Below, one piece after another: positions 20,214-29,966 of a stretch of DNA of 64,000 nt (its first letter is position 1; each line of letters opens with the position of its first letter). The notes below the pieces were generated by a model. That model was not told the DNA's origin and searched no databases. It saw only the letters and a program-made list of their open reading frames with translations. A program made the translations under genes and the position numbers. The DNA is from an uncultured Candidatus Saccharibacteria bacterium (GTDB taxonomy: Bacteria; Patescibacteriota; Minisyncoccia; SW-4-49-11). The stretch is taken from assembly GCA_964633865.1 (NCBI GenBank), contig CAZWIJ010000001.1, positions 66,352-130,351 on the forward strand. Reading direction: 5' to 3'.

Positions 20214-21140
20214 TTATTCTTCCAATAGAATATCTTGTACCTTATTCAAAAATTGAACTGCATCATCATATGGTCTTTGAAAAGCATTTCTACCCATTAT
20301 AGAACCAAAAGCTCCACCATTTTTTAATGATCTAATTTCATCTAGAACAGACTGATCATCTTTTGTATCACCACCCGAGTGAATAACTACTCTATGACCA
20401 TCATAAACCGCTTTCATAACTAATCTAACTCTATCTTCTAGAGTTTCTGTTGGAGAATTTTTATAGATATCTAATTTTTGATTAGATTCTAATCCATAAC
20501 CATCAATAGCTGGTAACTTAACTTTAATTATATGAGCCCCTAAGTTAGCTCCTATAGCAGCTCCGTAACTAATAATATCTGTAGCGGTTTCTTTTCCCTT
20601 TATAATACCAACTCCTCTTGGATAAACCCATAAAATAACTGCTAATCCTGCTTTTCTTGCATCAGAAATTAATTCTCTTGCTTGTTCTTCCATATCATTA
20701 CTATATAGAGAGCCTGGATATAAAGTAAATCCTACTGCTTCACATCCTAATCTTATAGCATCATCAACCCAAGAATGTATAGATAATTTAGGGTTTTCGT
20801 CATCAGGAATCATTAGGTGATGAGAATTTACTTTTAGCACTGTTGGTAAATTATGTCTCAAAATAACTTCTTGAGCTCTTTCTAATGATCCTAAAGGTGC
20901 AGCATATGCATTTACCCCCGCATCGACAGCTAACTTAGCTTGATTAATTGGATCATACATAATAGGATTAATCTCAAAAGATCTTCCTGGACCATGTTCC
21001 ATATTCTGATCCACAGGTAGAATTAATAATTTTCCTGAACCTGATAATCTACCATAATTGAATATTCTTGATAAATTTTTTAATTGTCCAAATGTAGATG
21101 TGTTAGAGTACCAAGATAAAATTTTTTCTACTTTATTCAT
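20214..21140 (-). CDS. fbaB: Class I fructose-bisphosphate aldolase (DhnA/FbaB archaeal type)
   Basis: LILPVDQNMEHGP, VLKVNSHHL and IIKVKLP (Schiff-base lysine region) typical of DhnA-family aldolases. Confidence 0.7.
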   Translation of the reverse strand: MNKVEKILSWYSNTSTFGQLKNLSRIFNYGRLSGSGKLLILPVDQNMEHGPGRSFEINPIMYDPINQAKLAVDAGVNAYAAPLGSLERAQEVILRHNLPTVLKVNSHHLMIPDDENPKLSIHSWVDDAIRLGCEAVGFTLYPGSLYSNDMEEQARELISDARKAGLAVILWVYPRGVGIIKGKETATDIISYGAAIGANLGAHIIKVKLPAIDGYGLESNQKLDIYKNSPTETLEDRVRLVMKAVYDGHRVVIHSGGDTKDDQSVLDEIRSLKNGGAFGSIMGRNAFQRPYDDAVQFLNKVQDILLEE

Positions 21141-21206
21141 ATTATAAATATTATTTTAATAAATTTGTTTTTACACTTATTAATTATATCACATTATAAA
21201 AAATTT

Positions 21207-21929
21207 TTACAAGTCTTCTCCATATTTTAAATTATCATCATAAAAAGAATATTCTCTATTAATAACTTTAAAATTTTCATCTAATTTATATATAATGATT
21301 TTACCTATTGGGAATTCTACTCCTTCTATTTCTGTATCAGATAGATTATCTAAATATTTCAGAATAACTCTAAGAGTATTACCGTGAGAAACAATTATAG
21401 CATTTTTATGAGTTTTTAGTTTTTCATAAATCTTTTCTTTCAAAAAAGGTATCACTCTATTATAAGTATCTTCTAAACTCTCTCCCCTAGTCAATAAGTC
21501 TTTACTTATATGAGAATATTTAGGATCATTAATAGGATTTCTAGGATCATCATCATCTAATTGAGGAGGTCTTGTATAGTATCCTCTTCTAAAAGCATGT
21601 ATCTCTTTCAAGTCTAATTCCTCCAAAATTCCAACTTTTGATTTTCCTTGTAACTTACCATAGTTCCTCTCATTTAATTTCCAACTTTTTATTATTTTAG
21701 TTTGATCATTATTTAATTCTTCCAAGATAAGTTCCAATGTCATACCAGCCCTTTTCAAAACAGAGGTAAAAGCAATATCAAAACAAAGGTCTTGACTTTT
21801 AAGTTTTCTACCTATCATTTTGGCATCAAAGATTCCATTATCTGTCAAATTAACATCTGACCAACCTGTAAACAATTTCTTTTTATTCCACTCACTTTCA
21901 CCATGCCTAACTAAAACTAATGTATACAT
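21207..21929 (-). CDS. gpmA: 2,3-bisphosphoglycerate-dependent phosphoglycerate mutase
   Basis: LVRHGESEWNKKKLFTGWSDVNLTDNG and SHGNTLR motifs. Confidence 0.85.
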   Translation of the reverse strand: MYTLVLVRHGESEWNKKKLFTGWSDVNLTDNGIFDAKMIGRKLKSQDLCFDIAFTSVLKRAGMTLELILEELNNDQTKIIKSWKLNERNYGKLQGKSKVGILEELDLKEIHAFRRGYYTRPPQLDDDDPRNPINDPKYSHISKDLLTRGESLEDTYNRVIPFLKEKIYEKLKTHKNAIIVSHGNTLRVILKYLDNLSDTEIEGVEFPIGKIIIYKLDENFKVINREYSFYDDNLKYGEDL

Positions 21930-21946
21930 TTCTTTGTTTATTTAAC

Positions 21947-22720
21947 TTAAAATTTTAACTCTAACAATACAGGGCAATGATCTGACCCCATAACTTCTGA
22001 TAATATTTTAGCATCTTTTACGTTATTTTGCAAAGATTGGTTAACAAAAAAGTAATCTATCCTCCAACCAATATTTCTATCTCTAGCTCTTGTTTTTGTG
22101 TCCCACCAAGTGTACCAATTCGGCTCAGAGTTAAATTTTCTAAAAGTATCCACAAAATGATACTCACTAGTCAACTTATCAATCCATTCTCTTTCTATTG
22201 AAAGAAAACCTGAAGTATTTTTATTTTCTTTTGGCCTTGCTAAATCTATCTCTGTATGAGCAGTATTAATATCACCAGTAATAATAATAGATTTATTTTT
22301 ATGATCTATTTTATCTAAATAGATTAATAACTCCTGATAAAAATCCATTTTAAAATCTAACCTTTCTTTCCGAGAAGCTCCATTGGGAAAATAAATATTG
22401 AATAAAATAAATTTCTTGAATTCCATAATTAAAATTCTACCTTCTTGGTCAAATATAGGGTTAAGTCCAAAGCCAGTTAATACAGATATTGGTTCTTCTT
22501 TAGTATAAACAGCAACCCCACTATAACCTTTTCTTATTCCCGAAGAAAAATAGGATTTATAATTATCAATATTTATTATCTCATCTGTAAGTTGATCTAT
22601 ATGTGCCTTAGTTTCTTGAAAGCACAATATATCTGGATTATAAGTATTAATGAATCCACTCAAAATATTTTTTTTACTAAAAGCTCTTATTCCATTTATA
22701 TTCCAAGAAATTAATTTCAT
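21947..22720 (-). CDS. xth: Exodeoxyribonuclease III (AP endonuclease)
   Basis: MKLISWNINGIRA, LCFQETK, GDINTAHTEIDLARP and SDHCPV motifs. Confidence 0.85.
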   Translation of the reverse strand: MKLISWNINGIRAFSKKNILSGFINTYNPDILCFQETKAHIDQLTDEIINIDNYKSYFSSGIRKGYSGVAVYTKEEPISVLTGFGLNPIFDQEGRILIMEFKKFILFNIYFPNGASRKERLDFKMDFYQELLIYLDKIDHKNKSIIITGDINTAHTEIDLARPKENKNTSGFLSIEREWIDKLTSEYHFVDTFRKFNSEPNWYTWWDTKTRARDRNIGWRIDYFFVNQSLQNNVKDAKILSEVMGSDHCPVLLELKF

Positions 22721-22778
22721 ATATTTATTTGTTAAAATAAAAGATAGACTATTAATCTATCTTTTATAATTATTTAAA

Positions 22779-22961
22779 TTATTGTAAATTTGGTAAGATA
22801 TACAACTGAGCTACAATATTTACAGCTAAATAAATTAGTTGAAATGCAACAATAGTAATAACTACTAATTGAACAGCATATTGGAAAACTACTTTAGCTA
22901 TTATATGTGTTCTTTCTATGAACTCTTTCTGGTGAGGAAATTTCTTCAAAGTCTTCTTCAT
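22779..22961 (-). CDS. Small (60-aa) hypothetical membrane protein with a basic N-terminus and one C-terminal TM helix
   Basis: ORF only; transcribed divergently from tRNA-Trp. Confidence 0.25.
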   Translation of the reverse strand: MKKTLKKFPHQKEFIERTHIIAKVVFQYAVQLVVITIVAFQLIYLAVNIVAQLYILPNLQ

Positions 22962-23114
22962 AAATCTATATATTAATTATTATTCAGTTCTATATTTATA
23001 ATGAACTTAATATAATTATATCATAAAAATTTTTTTAGTATAGAAAGTAAAATTACTTTTATTTGATTTATGCTTGCAAAATTATTAATAAAGATTTATA
23101 CTATAATAAGTATT

Positions 23115-23185
23115 AGGTGTATAGTTAAATGGTATAACTACGGTCTCCAAAACCGTTATTGTGGGTTCAATTCCTGCTACACCTG
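23115..23185 (+). tRNA. tRNA-Trp (anticodon CCA)
   Basis: Hand-folded cloverleaf: acceptor AGGTGTA/TACACCT, D-arm GTTA-AATGGTA-TAAC, anticodon stem ACGGT/ACCGT with loop CTCCAAA, T-arm GTGGG-TTCAATT-CCTGC (two G.U pairs), discriminator G; CCA not encoded. Confidence 0.8.
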
Positions 23186-23194
23186 CATTTAAAT

Positions 23195-23965
23195 CTATAT
23201 ATCAGAAATTTCTTGAGTTAGCTTTGGTATCTCTTCTGGAATAACAGAAGCTCCTCCAATCAAAAATCCATCTAATTCTTGTATATATTTAAAATTCTTA
23301 ATGTTACTTGAGTTAACACTACCTCCATATAATATTTCTATCTTCTGAGCTAAGCTAATCCCTAAAATTTCTACCAAAACTCTTTTTATATAAATTGTTA
23401 CTGTTTCTATAATATTTGCATTAGGAGTAACTCCAGTGCCTATAGCCCAAATTGGCTCATAAGCTATTATTATTCTTTGATTATTTATGAGTGATTTATT
23501 TTTCTCAAAAATAAATATTAATTCTTGCTTAAGTAAATCATAGTCTATTTCTTGAATAGTTTTATCTTCCTGATATCCTAAGCAAATAATAGGATTTAGA
23601 TTATATTGAAGTGACAATCCAAATTTCAAGGAAATATCCTCTAAAGTATATTTTTGATAAATTCTAGTCTCAGAATGTCCGATTAAGGTATATATATAAT
23701 TCATACTCTCTACCATAGAAGCTGATATTTGACCTGTATATGCTCCTTTTTCTTGTGATGAGATATCTTGTACTCCTAAATCAAAATATATTGATTTTTC
23801 TTGTTTAAAATTATCTATTAATCCTAAATATATATCTGGAGCTAAAATTATAATTTCATTTGTACTAACTTGATTTAGGGCTATCTGAACATTTGTTAAT
23901 AGTTCTAATACTTTTTCTTTATTTTCTGGATTCATTTTCCAGTTAAAAGCTAAAATTTTATTCAT
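23195..23965 (-). CDS. tpiA: Triosephosphate isomerase
   Basis: AFNWKMN, IGHSE, AYEPIWAIGTG and GGSV motifs. Confidence 0.85.
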   Translation of the reverse strand: MNKILAFNWKMNPENKEKVLELLTNVQIALNQVSTNEIIILAPDIYLGLIDNFKQEKSIYFDLGVQDISSQEKGAYTGQISASMVESMNYIYTLIGHSETRIYQKYTLEDISLKFGLSLQYNLNPIICLGYQEDKTIQEIDYDLLKQELIFIFEKNKSLINNQRIIIAYEPIWAIGTGVTPNANIIETVTIYIKRVLVEILGISLAQKIEILYGGSVNSSNIKNFKYIQELDGFLIGGASVIPEEIPKLTQEISDI

Positions 23966-23969
23966 AGAG

Positions 23970-24449
23970 TTATTGATTATATAAATCTTTTACATTTTGC
24001 CAAGAAGGATTATATTTATTCAACAGTTGAATTGATATATTGTCTGGAATACCATACTTCCTAAAATCATCTATACCAGGAGATCCCCCTATTTTAAAGA
24101 TTTCTTTACAATTTAATTCTTTACATTCTAATAATATAGTACCTCCAGCATTTTCTTCTGTCCAAGTTGCGATATAATAATCATTTACATATTTTATATT
24201 GGATGATATATATTCATTTTTTTTATTATCATTATTAAGAATACTTTTTATTTTACCTTCTATAGATATTGTGCTTTTTTCTTTATTTAATTTTTCTTCA
24301 GATTCATTATATGTTTTTTTAGTTTCATCATTATTTAAACTAGATTCTTCTGTTATTACTGTGTTATCTGTTTTAAAGACAAAATAACCAATTAAAAATA
24401 TTATTGTAATAAAGGTAACTAATATTAATAAAATATATACTTTTTTCAT
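23970..24449 (-). CDS. Hypothetical membrane-anchored protein
   Basis: N-terminal TM helix; no recognisable motifs. Confidence 0.4.
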   Translation of the reverse strand: MKKVYILLILVTFITIIFLIGYFVFKTDNTVITEESSLNNDETKKTYNESEEKLNKEKSTISIEGKIKSILNNDNKKNEYISSNIKYVNDYYIATWTEENAGGTILLECKELNCKEIFKIGGSPGIDDFRKYGIPDNISIQLLNKYNPSWQNVKDLYNQ

Positions 24450-24452
24450 AAA

Positions 24453-25937
24453 TTAATTATTTACTCTATAATAAGTAATCGGTGTTGCTCCATAAGACCC
24501 ATCAAAATTAGCGCCAGATCTCCAAGAAAACTTAGCCTTACTAGAACTATTAGAAAGAATTTCTGAGCATCCAGTATTTAAACAAATACCTACATGATCT
24601 CCAACAGCATAAACTATATCCCCAGGCTGTGTAGATGTCTGAGTTAATGCTGTTCCTCTTCCTGCTTTAAGTTCATCTTCTGCACTACTTGTACTCAAAC
24701 CATCTAAAGGAGATAGTCCTGATCTTTCTAAAACTTTGTTAACCATATATTGACAAGCAAGATTTCCATTGCCGCATGCAGATCCACATCCCACAGATGA
24801 AGCTCCTTCTAATGAAAGTGCTGCATTATATATATCAACACCTATTTGTCCAGTTGGAGTAAATATACCAGATGCTACAGTAGAACTACTAGCCCCCGAA
24901 CCAATAGGAGCATTAGGAACAGGAGTAATTGTACATTGAGTAGTAAGAAGACCTGGATTTAATGTACTTAGGATTACATATACACTTAATCCTAAGACTA
25001 ATCCTATTGTTGAATTTGTGAATATTCCTTTTGCTTGATTTACTCCACTAGCATTTACTCCTGATGATGTATATAGGAATCCTCCATACATATACATTCC
25101 TATTACTGATATAAATAATATTGCATATCCTATAAACCATAATGCCTTTGTTAATTCACATAGACTACTTATTTGGCCTATCCCTGGAAATGATGTAAAT
25201 GATTTATATGTTACAGGAGTGGCTTGAGATGCACCTCCACCTTCCCCTAGATTTCCTCCGGTTGGAGGATCTGGTATAACTGGATTTGTTCCTGGACCTC
25301 CATCAATTCCTAGATAATCGTCAATTTTTTTAGATCCCCCTATGTATCTCCAGTGCCAAGGCTCAAATCCAGCACCTTCTGTACTACCTTCTGGATAAGA
25401 CAATTCAAATCCATAAGTAGAAGCATTATCTTTTAGCCAAGTGTATTCTGGAGTACTAGCAAAACTAGAAGATACAGAATTAATATCTATAGCAAGACCT
25501 GTACTATGTTCACTATATCCAGGTGGAGCTGATGCTACAGCTCTTGCTAAATAAGCTGTTTTAGTAGTAGATTTATTAGAATCATCATCTTTATAAAGAT
25601 TAGCATCTGAAATAGGAGAAGTTACTGTAGATGCTGGATTAAAAAATGTTCCTACTTGATCATTATAACTTCTATACCCTGATATAATATTTAATGTATA
25701 CCCTGCACTAGTGGCAACAGCTTTCATTTCATTAAATTTTGTTTGTAATTCAGAATCTAGACTACCAACATCTTTATATGCTTTATATCCTTTCTCTTCA
25801 GCAACTTCTTTTAAGAATTCTTTATGTTTATCTGTTAAATCAGAGTAACTTGACGGTCTCGATGCTAGAGTAATATTTGGTAATAATACAAACAGAGATA
25901 TTAGACAAATAATTTTCAACCAGATTTTTATTTTCAT
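24453..25937 (-). CDS. Multi-domain cell-wall hydrolase: signal peptide, M15 (VanY-like D-Ala-D-Ala carboxypeptidase) domain, double-TM hairpin module, C-terminal CHAP/NlpC-like cysteine peptidase domain
   Basis: M15 motifs SGYRS, SEHSTGLAIDI and EPWHWRY; C-terminal GCGSACGN...QPGDIVYAVGDHVGICL (Cys/His dyad); central module near-identical to part of gene 9929..10789. Confidence 0.65.
   Translation of the reverse strand: MKIKIWLKIICLISLFVLLPNITLASRPSSYSDLTDKHKEFLKEVAEEKGYKAYKDVGSLDSELQTKFNEMKAVATSAGYTLNIISGYRSYNDQVGTFFNPASTVTSPISDANLYKDDDSNKSTTKTAYLARAVASAPPGYSEHSTGLAIDINSVSSSFASTPEYTWLKDNASTYGFELSYPEGSTEGAGFEPWHWRYIGGSKKIDDYLGIDGGPGTNPVIPDPPTGGNLGEGGGASQATPVTYKSFTSFPGIGQISSLCELTKALWFIGYAILFISVIGMYMYGGFLYTSSGVNASGVNQAKGIFTNSTIGLVLGLSVYVILSTLNPGLLTTQCTITPVPNAPIGSGASSSTVASGIFTPTGQIGVDIYNAALSLEGASSVGCGSACGNGNLACQYMVNKVLERSGLSPLDGLSTSSAEDELKAGRGTALTQTSTQPGDIVYAVGDHVGICLNTGCSEILSNSSSKAKFSWRSGANFDGSYGATPITYYRVNN
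24907..25223. repeat. Copy B of the 317-bp near-identical module (see 10392..10708)
   Basis: Direct sequence comparison. Confidence 0.85.
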
Positions 25938-25999
25938 ATTAAATTCATTAAATATATTTATATTATAGAGTAAATATGAATAAAAATCAAATAAAATTA

Positions 26000-26039
26000 T
26001 TACAAATAAAAAAGACCACTTTTATATTAAAGTAGTCTT
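26000..26039 (-). terminator. Rho-independent terminator downstream of the M23/FG-GAP gene
   Basis: Minus-strand reading AAGACTACTTT-aatat-AAAGTGGTCTT followed by TTTTTATTTGT. Confidence 0.55.
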
Positions 26040-26052
26040 AATAAAGATTAAA

Positions 26053-27576
26053 TTAAATAATAGGAATATTAGCATCAGCCCATCCACTAACAAGATATTG
26101 GGTAGCAAGTCCATTTTCGTTAATGGTAAAGTATGAAACTTCACCATTCCCTACACGGAAAACAATCTCATCTCGGCCGTCCCCAGTAATATCACCCAAT
26201 CCTTGAGCTTTAATATTAGGATCAGCATAACCAACCCATTTATAGGCATCTTGATTACCATTACCATCAAAATGAACTGCATATATTTCTCCATTGCGTG
26301 GATTTCTTAATACAAGTTCATCACGATTATCAGCATCAATATTACCAATACCTACGACATGATAATCACTATAAGCCCATCCCCTTTTAGAAAAGTTTGT
26401 AGCTAATCCATTATCATTCATGTTAAAAGCTCCAATATCTCCCCATTTTCCACCGAAAAGAATTTCGTCTCGACCGTCTCCATTGATATCACCAGTACCA
26501 ATAACTTTATATTCATTAGTACCATATGATCCAAGGAATCTGTAATTAACTGCGATTCCATTAGCATTCATATCAAAGATACCTAATCTGCCATTACCTT
26601 CATCAAATAATAATTCTTCTAATTGATCATTGTCAAAGTTTCCACCAGCAATCAATTTGAAGTTTTTATCTCGCTTACCAACCACTTGGTATTTGTAAGC
26701 CAGACCATTATTATCAATTAGAAATGAAGCTACTGTCCCATCAGATAGATCAAATATTAATTCTTCTCTATCACCAACTCTGATATCAGCTCCCCCAACT
26801 AATTCTATACTACTATCAGCCCATCCAGTGTGATGATACCAGTAAGCAAATCCTTTTTCATTAGTAAGAAATGCTTTTACTTGTCCATCTCCTTGACGGA
26901 AGATGATTTCTTCTCCATTGTGATAAGAAATATTAACCGTTGGACTAAATAAGTTGTCTGGAGTAATGTAAAAAATACCATTTGTGGGAGTGTTGTTATC
27001 TGTACCTGTTATCGTATCTTGGATTACTCCAGGATGTTGAGAATATAAGATTTCTTGGTCATTTAGGACATCATTGTTATCTTCTAAAAAAGATATTTTT
27101 AGGTAATGATCTGGATTAGAGGAAACTGTATTCAACAGAACTTTAGTTCTTTCCAGATGTAAATGAGGTCCACTTGATTTACCTGTGTTTCCCATAATAC
27201 CAAGATCAGTACCAATAGTAACTTTCTTACCAATAGTATGCTTGTTAAAGGGATTATCTCGTAAATGAGAATAACGGTAGAAAGTTCCATCCTCAGATTT
27301 AATAACAATTGAATTTCCCCAACCACTATTATAACCAGAGCCCATAGAAACTATAGTACCTTTAGTAATAGATAAGACTGTAAGATCTCCATAGGCAACC
27401 AGATCATAAGCTAGCCAATTTGAATTCTCATTATGACCTATGATCGTTACATTTTTTCCTTTAACCACCTTTGACCATGTTGCTTTATCACCTTGAGTAA
27501 CTTTTACTTTTGTACCTTTCCGAAAAGGCAAATAATGTTTTGACATTAGCTTTTCCTCGCTATTATAAATGTGCAT
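26053..27576 (-). CDS. M23 (LytM-type) peptidase fused to FG-GAP/VCBS-like beta-propeller repeats
   Basis: M23 motifs YRYSHL and GNTGKSSGPHLHLE; at least five repeats of the G-D-x-[ND]-G-D-G-R-D-E-[IL] type; true start may be the internal Met (MSKHYLP). Confidence 0.65.
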   Translation of the reverse strand: MHIYNSEEKLMSKHYLPFRKGTKVKVTQGDKATWSKVVKGKNVTIIGHNENSNWLAYDLVAYGDLTVLSITKGTIVSMGSGYNSGWGNSIVIKSEDGTFYRYSHLRDNPFNKHTIGKKVTIGTDLGIMGNTGKSSGPHLHLERTKVLLNTVSSNPDHYLKISFLEDNNDVLNDQEILYSQHPGVIQDTITGTDNNTPTNGIFYITPDNLFSPTVNISYHNGEEIIFRQGDGQVKAFLTNEKGFAYWYHHTGWADSSIELVGGADIRVGDREELIFDLSDGTVASFLIDNNGLAYKYQVVGKRDKNFKLIAGGNFDNDQLEELLFDEGNGRLGIFDMNANGIAVNYRFLGSYGTNEYKVIGTGDINGDGRDEILFGGKWGDIGAFNMNDNGLATNFSKRGWAYSDYHVVGIGNIDADNRDELVLRNPRNGEIYAVHFDGNGNQDAYKWVGYADPNIKAQGLGDITGDGRDEIVFRVGNGEVSYFTINENGLATQYLVSGWADANIPII

Positions 27577-27694
27577 ATCTAAATTAGTTATTAACTTTAG
27601 ATATTTATATACTATAATATTTTCTAAAATTTGTCAAGAGTATTTTTGTCAATTACAAATATTAGAATGTTAGTAAAGATTGACAATTTTATTC

Positions 27695-28486
27695 CTACTC
27701 AGTCCTATTCCACCATTCTCCTTCTATTTCAAATTTATTCTCTTCATAATATATTTCATCAGCTGGGGCATTAACCTCTTTTAAAAACTTTATAGTCTCA
27801 TCTACACATTCTTCTTCAGCTTTTCTACCTGAATAAATTTCAAATGGAACTTCATTGACTTTGTTTGTTACTCTATACTGAGTATATAACTCTGAATGAT
27901 GAGCTTCATGGATTAATGTTCCTGCTAACTGAGTCACTGTTCTAAAAAATTTCATATCTGCTAATAAAGTTCTTGGTATTTCTTCGGAAAGTTGTGAACT
28001 TTTCTTTTTATCCGTACACTCAATCACTCCTATATAAGTAATAACTTTGGTATAGAATTTAGGAGAATTATCTTTCATAAAGGCTAAAGCTTCATTGACT
28101 TTGTCTTTGCAATACTGATCTCCTATAATTTCTATCTCGAATGGTCCCAATTTGGGTGGATTATACTTCACTGCTTCACATTGCATTACCGTATCTGGCT
28201 TTAAGTCTTCGGTATTACAATTATTGAGATCTCTACATTCTCTAGTTCTTTCTCCTTCTTCACTACAATCTCCATATTTTCCCATACTCCAATCATCACA
28301 AATCCAATTTGGATTACATTTATTTTCTATCTTTTTTTCCTCTACCACTGATTTTTGTATTATTTCTTCTTTTACCAGATTTAAATCTTCTGGATTTTTT
28401 TTATCCAATTCTCTTTTTATTCCTAAATAGCCTAGAAAAGCTATTAGTAGAATCAAGACTAAAATTAGAATTTGTTGTTTGGTCAT
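27695..28486 (-). CDS. Secreted cysteine-rich protein with an HExxH zinc-metallopeptidase-like motif
   Basis: N-terminal TM/signal segment; ~12 Cys in CNPNWICDDWSMGKYGDCSEEGERTRECRDLNNCN...; motif LIHEAHHSE. Confidence 0.4.
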   Translation of the reverse strand: MTKQQILILVLILLIAFLGYLGIKRELDKKNPEDLNLVKEEIIQKSVVEEKKIENKCNPNWICDDWSMGKYGDCSEEGERTRECRDLNNCNTEDLKPDTVMQCEAVKYNPPKLGPFEIEIIGDQYCKDKVNEALAFMKDNSPKFYTKVITYIGVIECTDKKKSSQLSEEIPRTLLADMKFFRTVTQLAGTLIHEAHHSELYTQYRVTNKVNEVPFEIYSGRKAEEECVDETIKFLKEVNAPADEIYYEENKFEIEGEWWNRTE

Positions 28487-28491
28487 ATTAC

Positions 28492-29856
28492 TTATTTTTT
28501 GACTAAGCCTATTGTATATGATTCTATATCAAATAGATTTCTATCTACATTTTCGATATATATATTATAATTTCTTTTATTCTTCAAATTTATCAATTTA
28601 ACATTTAATTTAGCAAAATCTTGATCTAAGGATGTATCTACATAACTATTTTCTAATAAAAAAAATTCATTATCAGTATTTTCAATTAACTTTGCATTAA
28701 CGAATACCTCTATATCAATATATATTTTCTTTTCTTTAGTGTCTAAATTATACCTGTAAATTTCATAATTCTTACCTAAATCTCTATGATCTGGCATATA
28801 ATATGTCACCAATATTTCTTTAGAGTCTAAAGTAAATAATACATTATTTATTAATTTAGCTTCTCCATAATAATCTACAGTGTATGTAGGTAATTCAAAT
28901 TCAGAGAGATATCTAGCTTCTGTTCCATTTGAATTCATTAAAACTATTTTGCTATTTGAATAGTACACATTTTCATTTACCTCATCATCATTGTATATAT
29001 AAATTGTCTTATCACCATCTGGAGAATAAAAAACAGATCTTATCTTAGTAAAATTATTAGTTTCAAATCCTATAGCCACTGGTAAGTCTTTTTTACCTGT
29101 AACTACTTCATCTTGAATTATAGCTTGAGTTAAATTCTTTTGACCTTCTCCCCAATAGGTAAATTCTAATTTGAATGGATGCCAAGCTAATAATAATTCG
29201 TACTTTTCTGAATAAACATCCAAAAATTGATATTCCCCAGTTTTTACATTTACTATACCTATTTTACTATTTGTATTATAATTTTTGTCTATATTTGTAA
29301 GAGTTACACTAATATATTGATTATTATAAGCCCATTGAATATTAGAAACTTTAAAATCTTGTACATTTTGATTCAAAATTTGAATTTCTTTTGTCTCTCT
29401 GTCATAAATTTTTAACTGACCACTCTTATCCGTATATGCTATTTTTTTTCCGTCTGGAGATAATAATTTATCAGAAACATAAGCTTCTTTACTTTCCTCT
29501 GGATCTTTTAGAACAGTAAATAATTCTTTATCTTGATTTGTCTCTAAATCTTTTTCATATACTACATTATTTTTATAATAAATTAAATTATATTCAAAGT
29601 CTTCTATTCCTGTAAATTCAGTTTCTTCTTTTTTGATCACAAGTGGTTCTGAGTATTCTGGTAGTGGTGATATTTCTTTTTCTTTTTTTGTTTCTTCTAC
29701 TTTTTTATCTTCCTCAAGATTATTTTGTACTTGTGTGATTTTATCTTCAATATTAAAATTAGGTTTGATATATTCTGGATAGATTATCCACCCTATCATT
29801 CCTAATAGAATTATAATTAATATTACGATCACAGTATTGTAACTTGTACTTTTCAT
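28492..29856 (-). CDS. Membrane-anchored TolB-like (PD40) beta-propeller protein
   Basis: N-terminal TM helix; repeats LLSPDGKKIAYTDKSG and FYSPDGDKTIYIY typical of PD40 blades. Confidence 0.45.
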   Translation of the reverse strand: MKSTSYNTVIVILIIILLGMIGWIIYPEYIKPNFNIEDKITQVQNNLEEDKKVEETKKEKEISPLPEYSEPLVIKKEETEFTGIEDFEYNLIYYKNNVVYEKDLETNQDKELFTVLKDPEESKEAYVSDKLLSPDGKKIAYTDKSGQLKIYDRETKEIQILNQNVQDFKVSNIQWAYNNQYISVTLTNIDKNYNTNSKIGIVNVKTGEYQFLDVYSEKYELLLAWHPFKLEFTYWGEGQKNLTQAIIQDEVVTGKKDLPVAIGFETNNFTKIRSVFYSPDGDKTIYIYNDDEVNENVYYSNSKIVLMNSNGTEARYLSEFELPTYTVDYYGEAKLINNVLFTLDSKEILVTYYMPDHRDLGKNYEIYRYNLDTKEKKIYIDIEVFVNAKLIENTDNEFFLLENSYVDTSLDQDFAKLNVKLINLKNKRNYNIYIENVDRNLFDIESYTIGLVKK

Positions 29857-29966
29857 AAATTATATAGATTAAATTTAATATTACATTAATACTAAACTAA
29901 AAATATACTATTGTCAATATTTACTAAAAAAGTATTTTTCCTAAAATTATTTATTTATATTTTAAT

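Noticed and set aside
22779-23185. Canonical tRNA-Trp/secE/nusG arrangement (the 60-aa membrane ORF as SecE)
   Set aside because: The small ORF is divergent from, not downstream of, tRNA-Trp; it lacks the SecE WP motif; it is followed by xth, not nusG.
9929-25937. Type IV secretion or conjugation locus, inferred from the VirB2/TrbC-like double-TM hairpin in two hydrolases
   Set aside because: No VirB4, VirD4, VirB6, relaxase or other T4SS components are present in the window. The hairpin more likely serves as a membrane anchor, so only a loose resemblance is noted.
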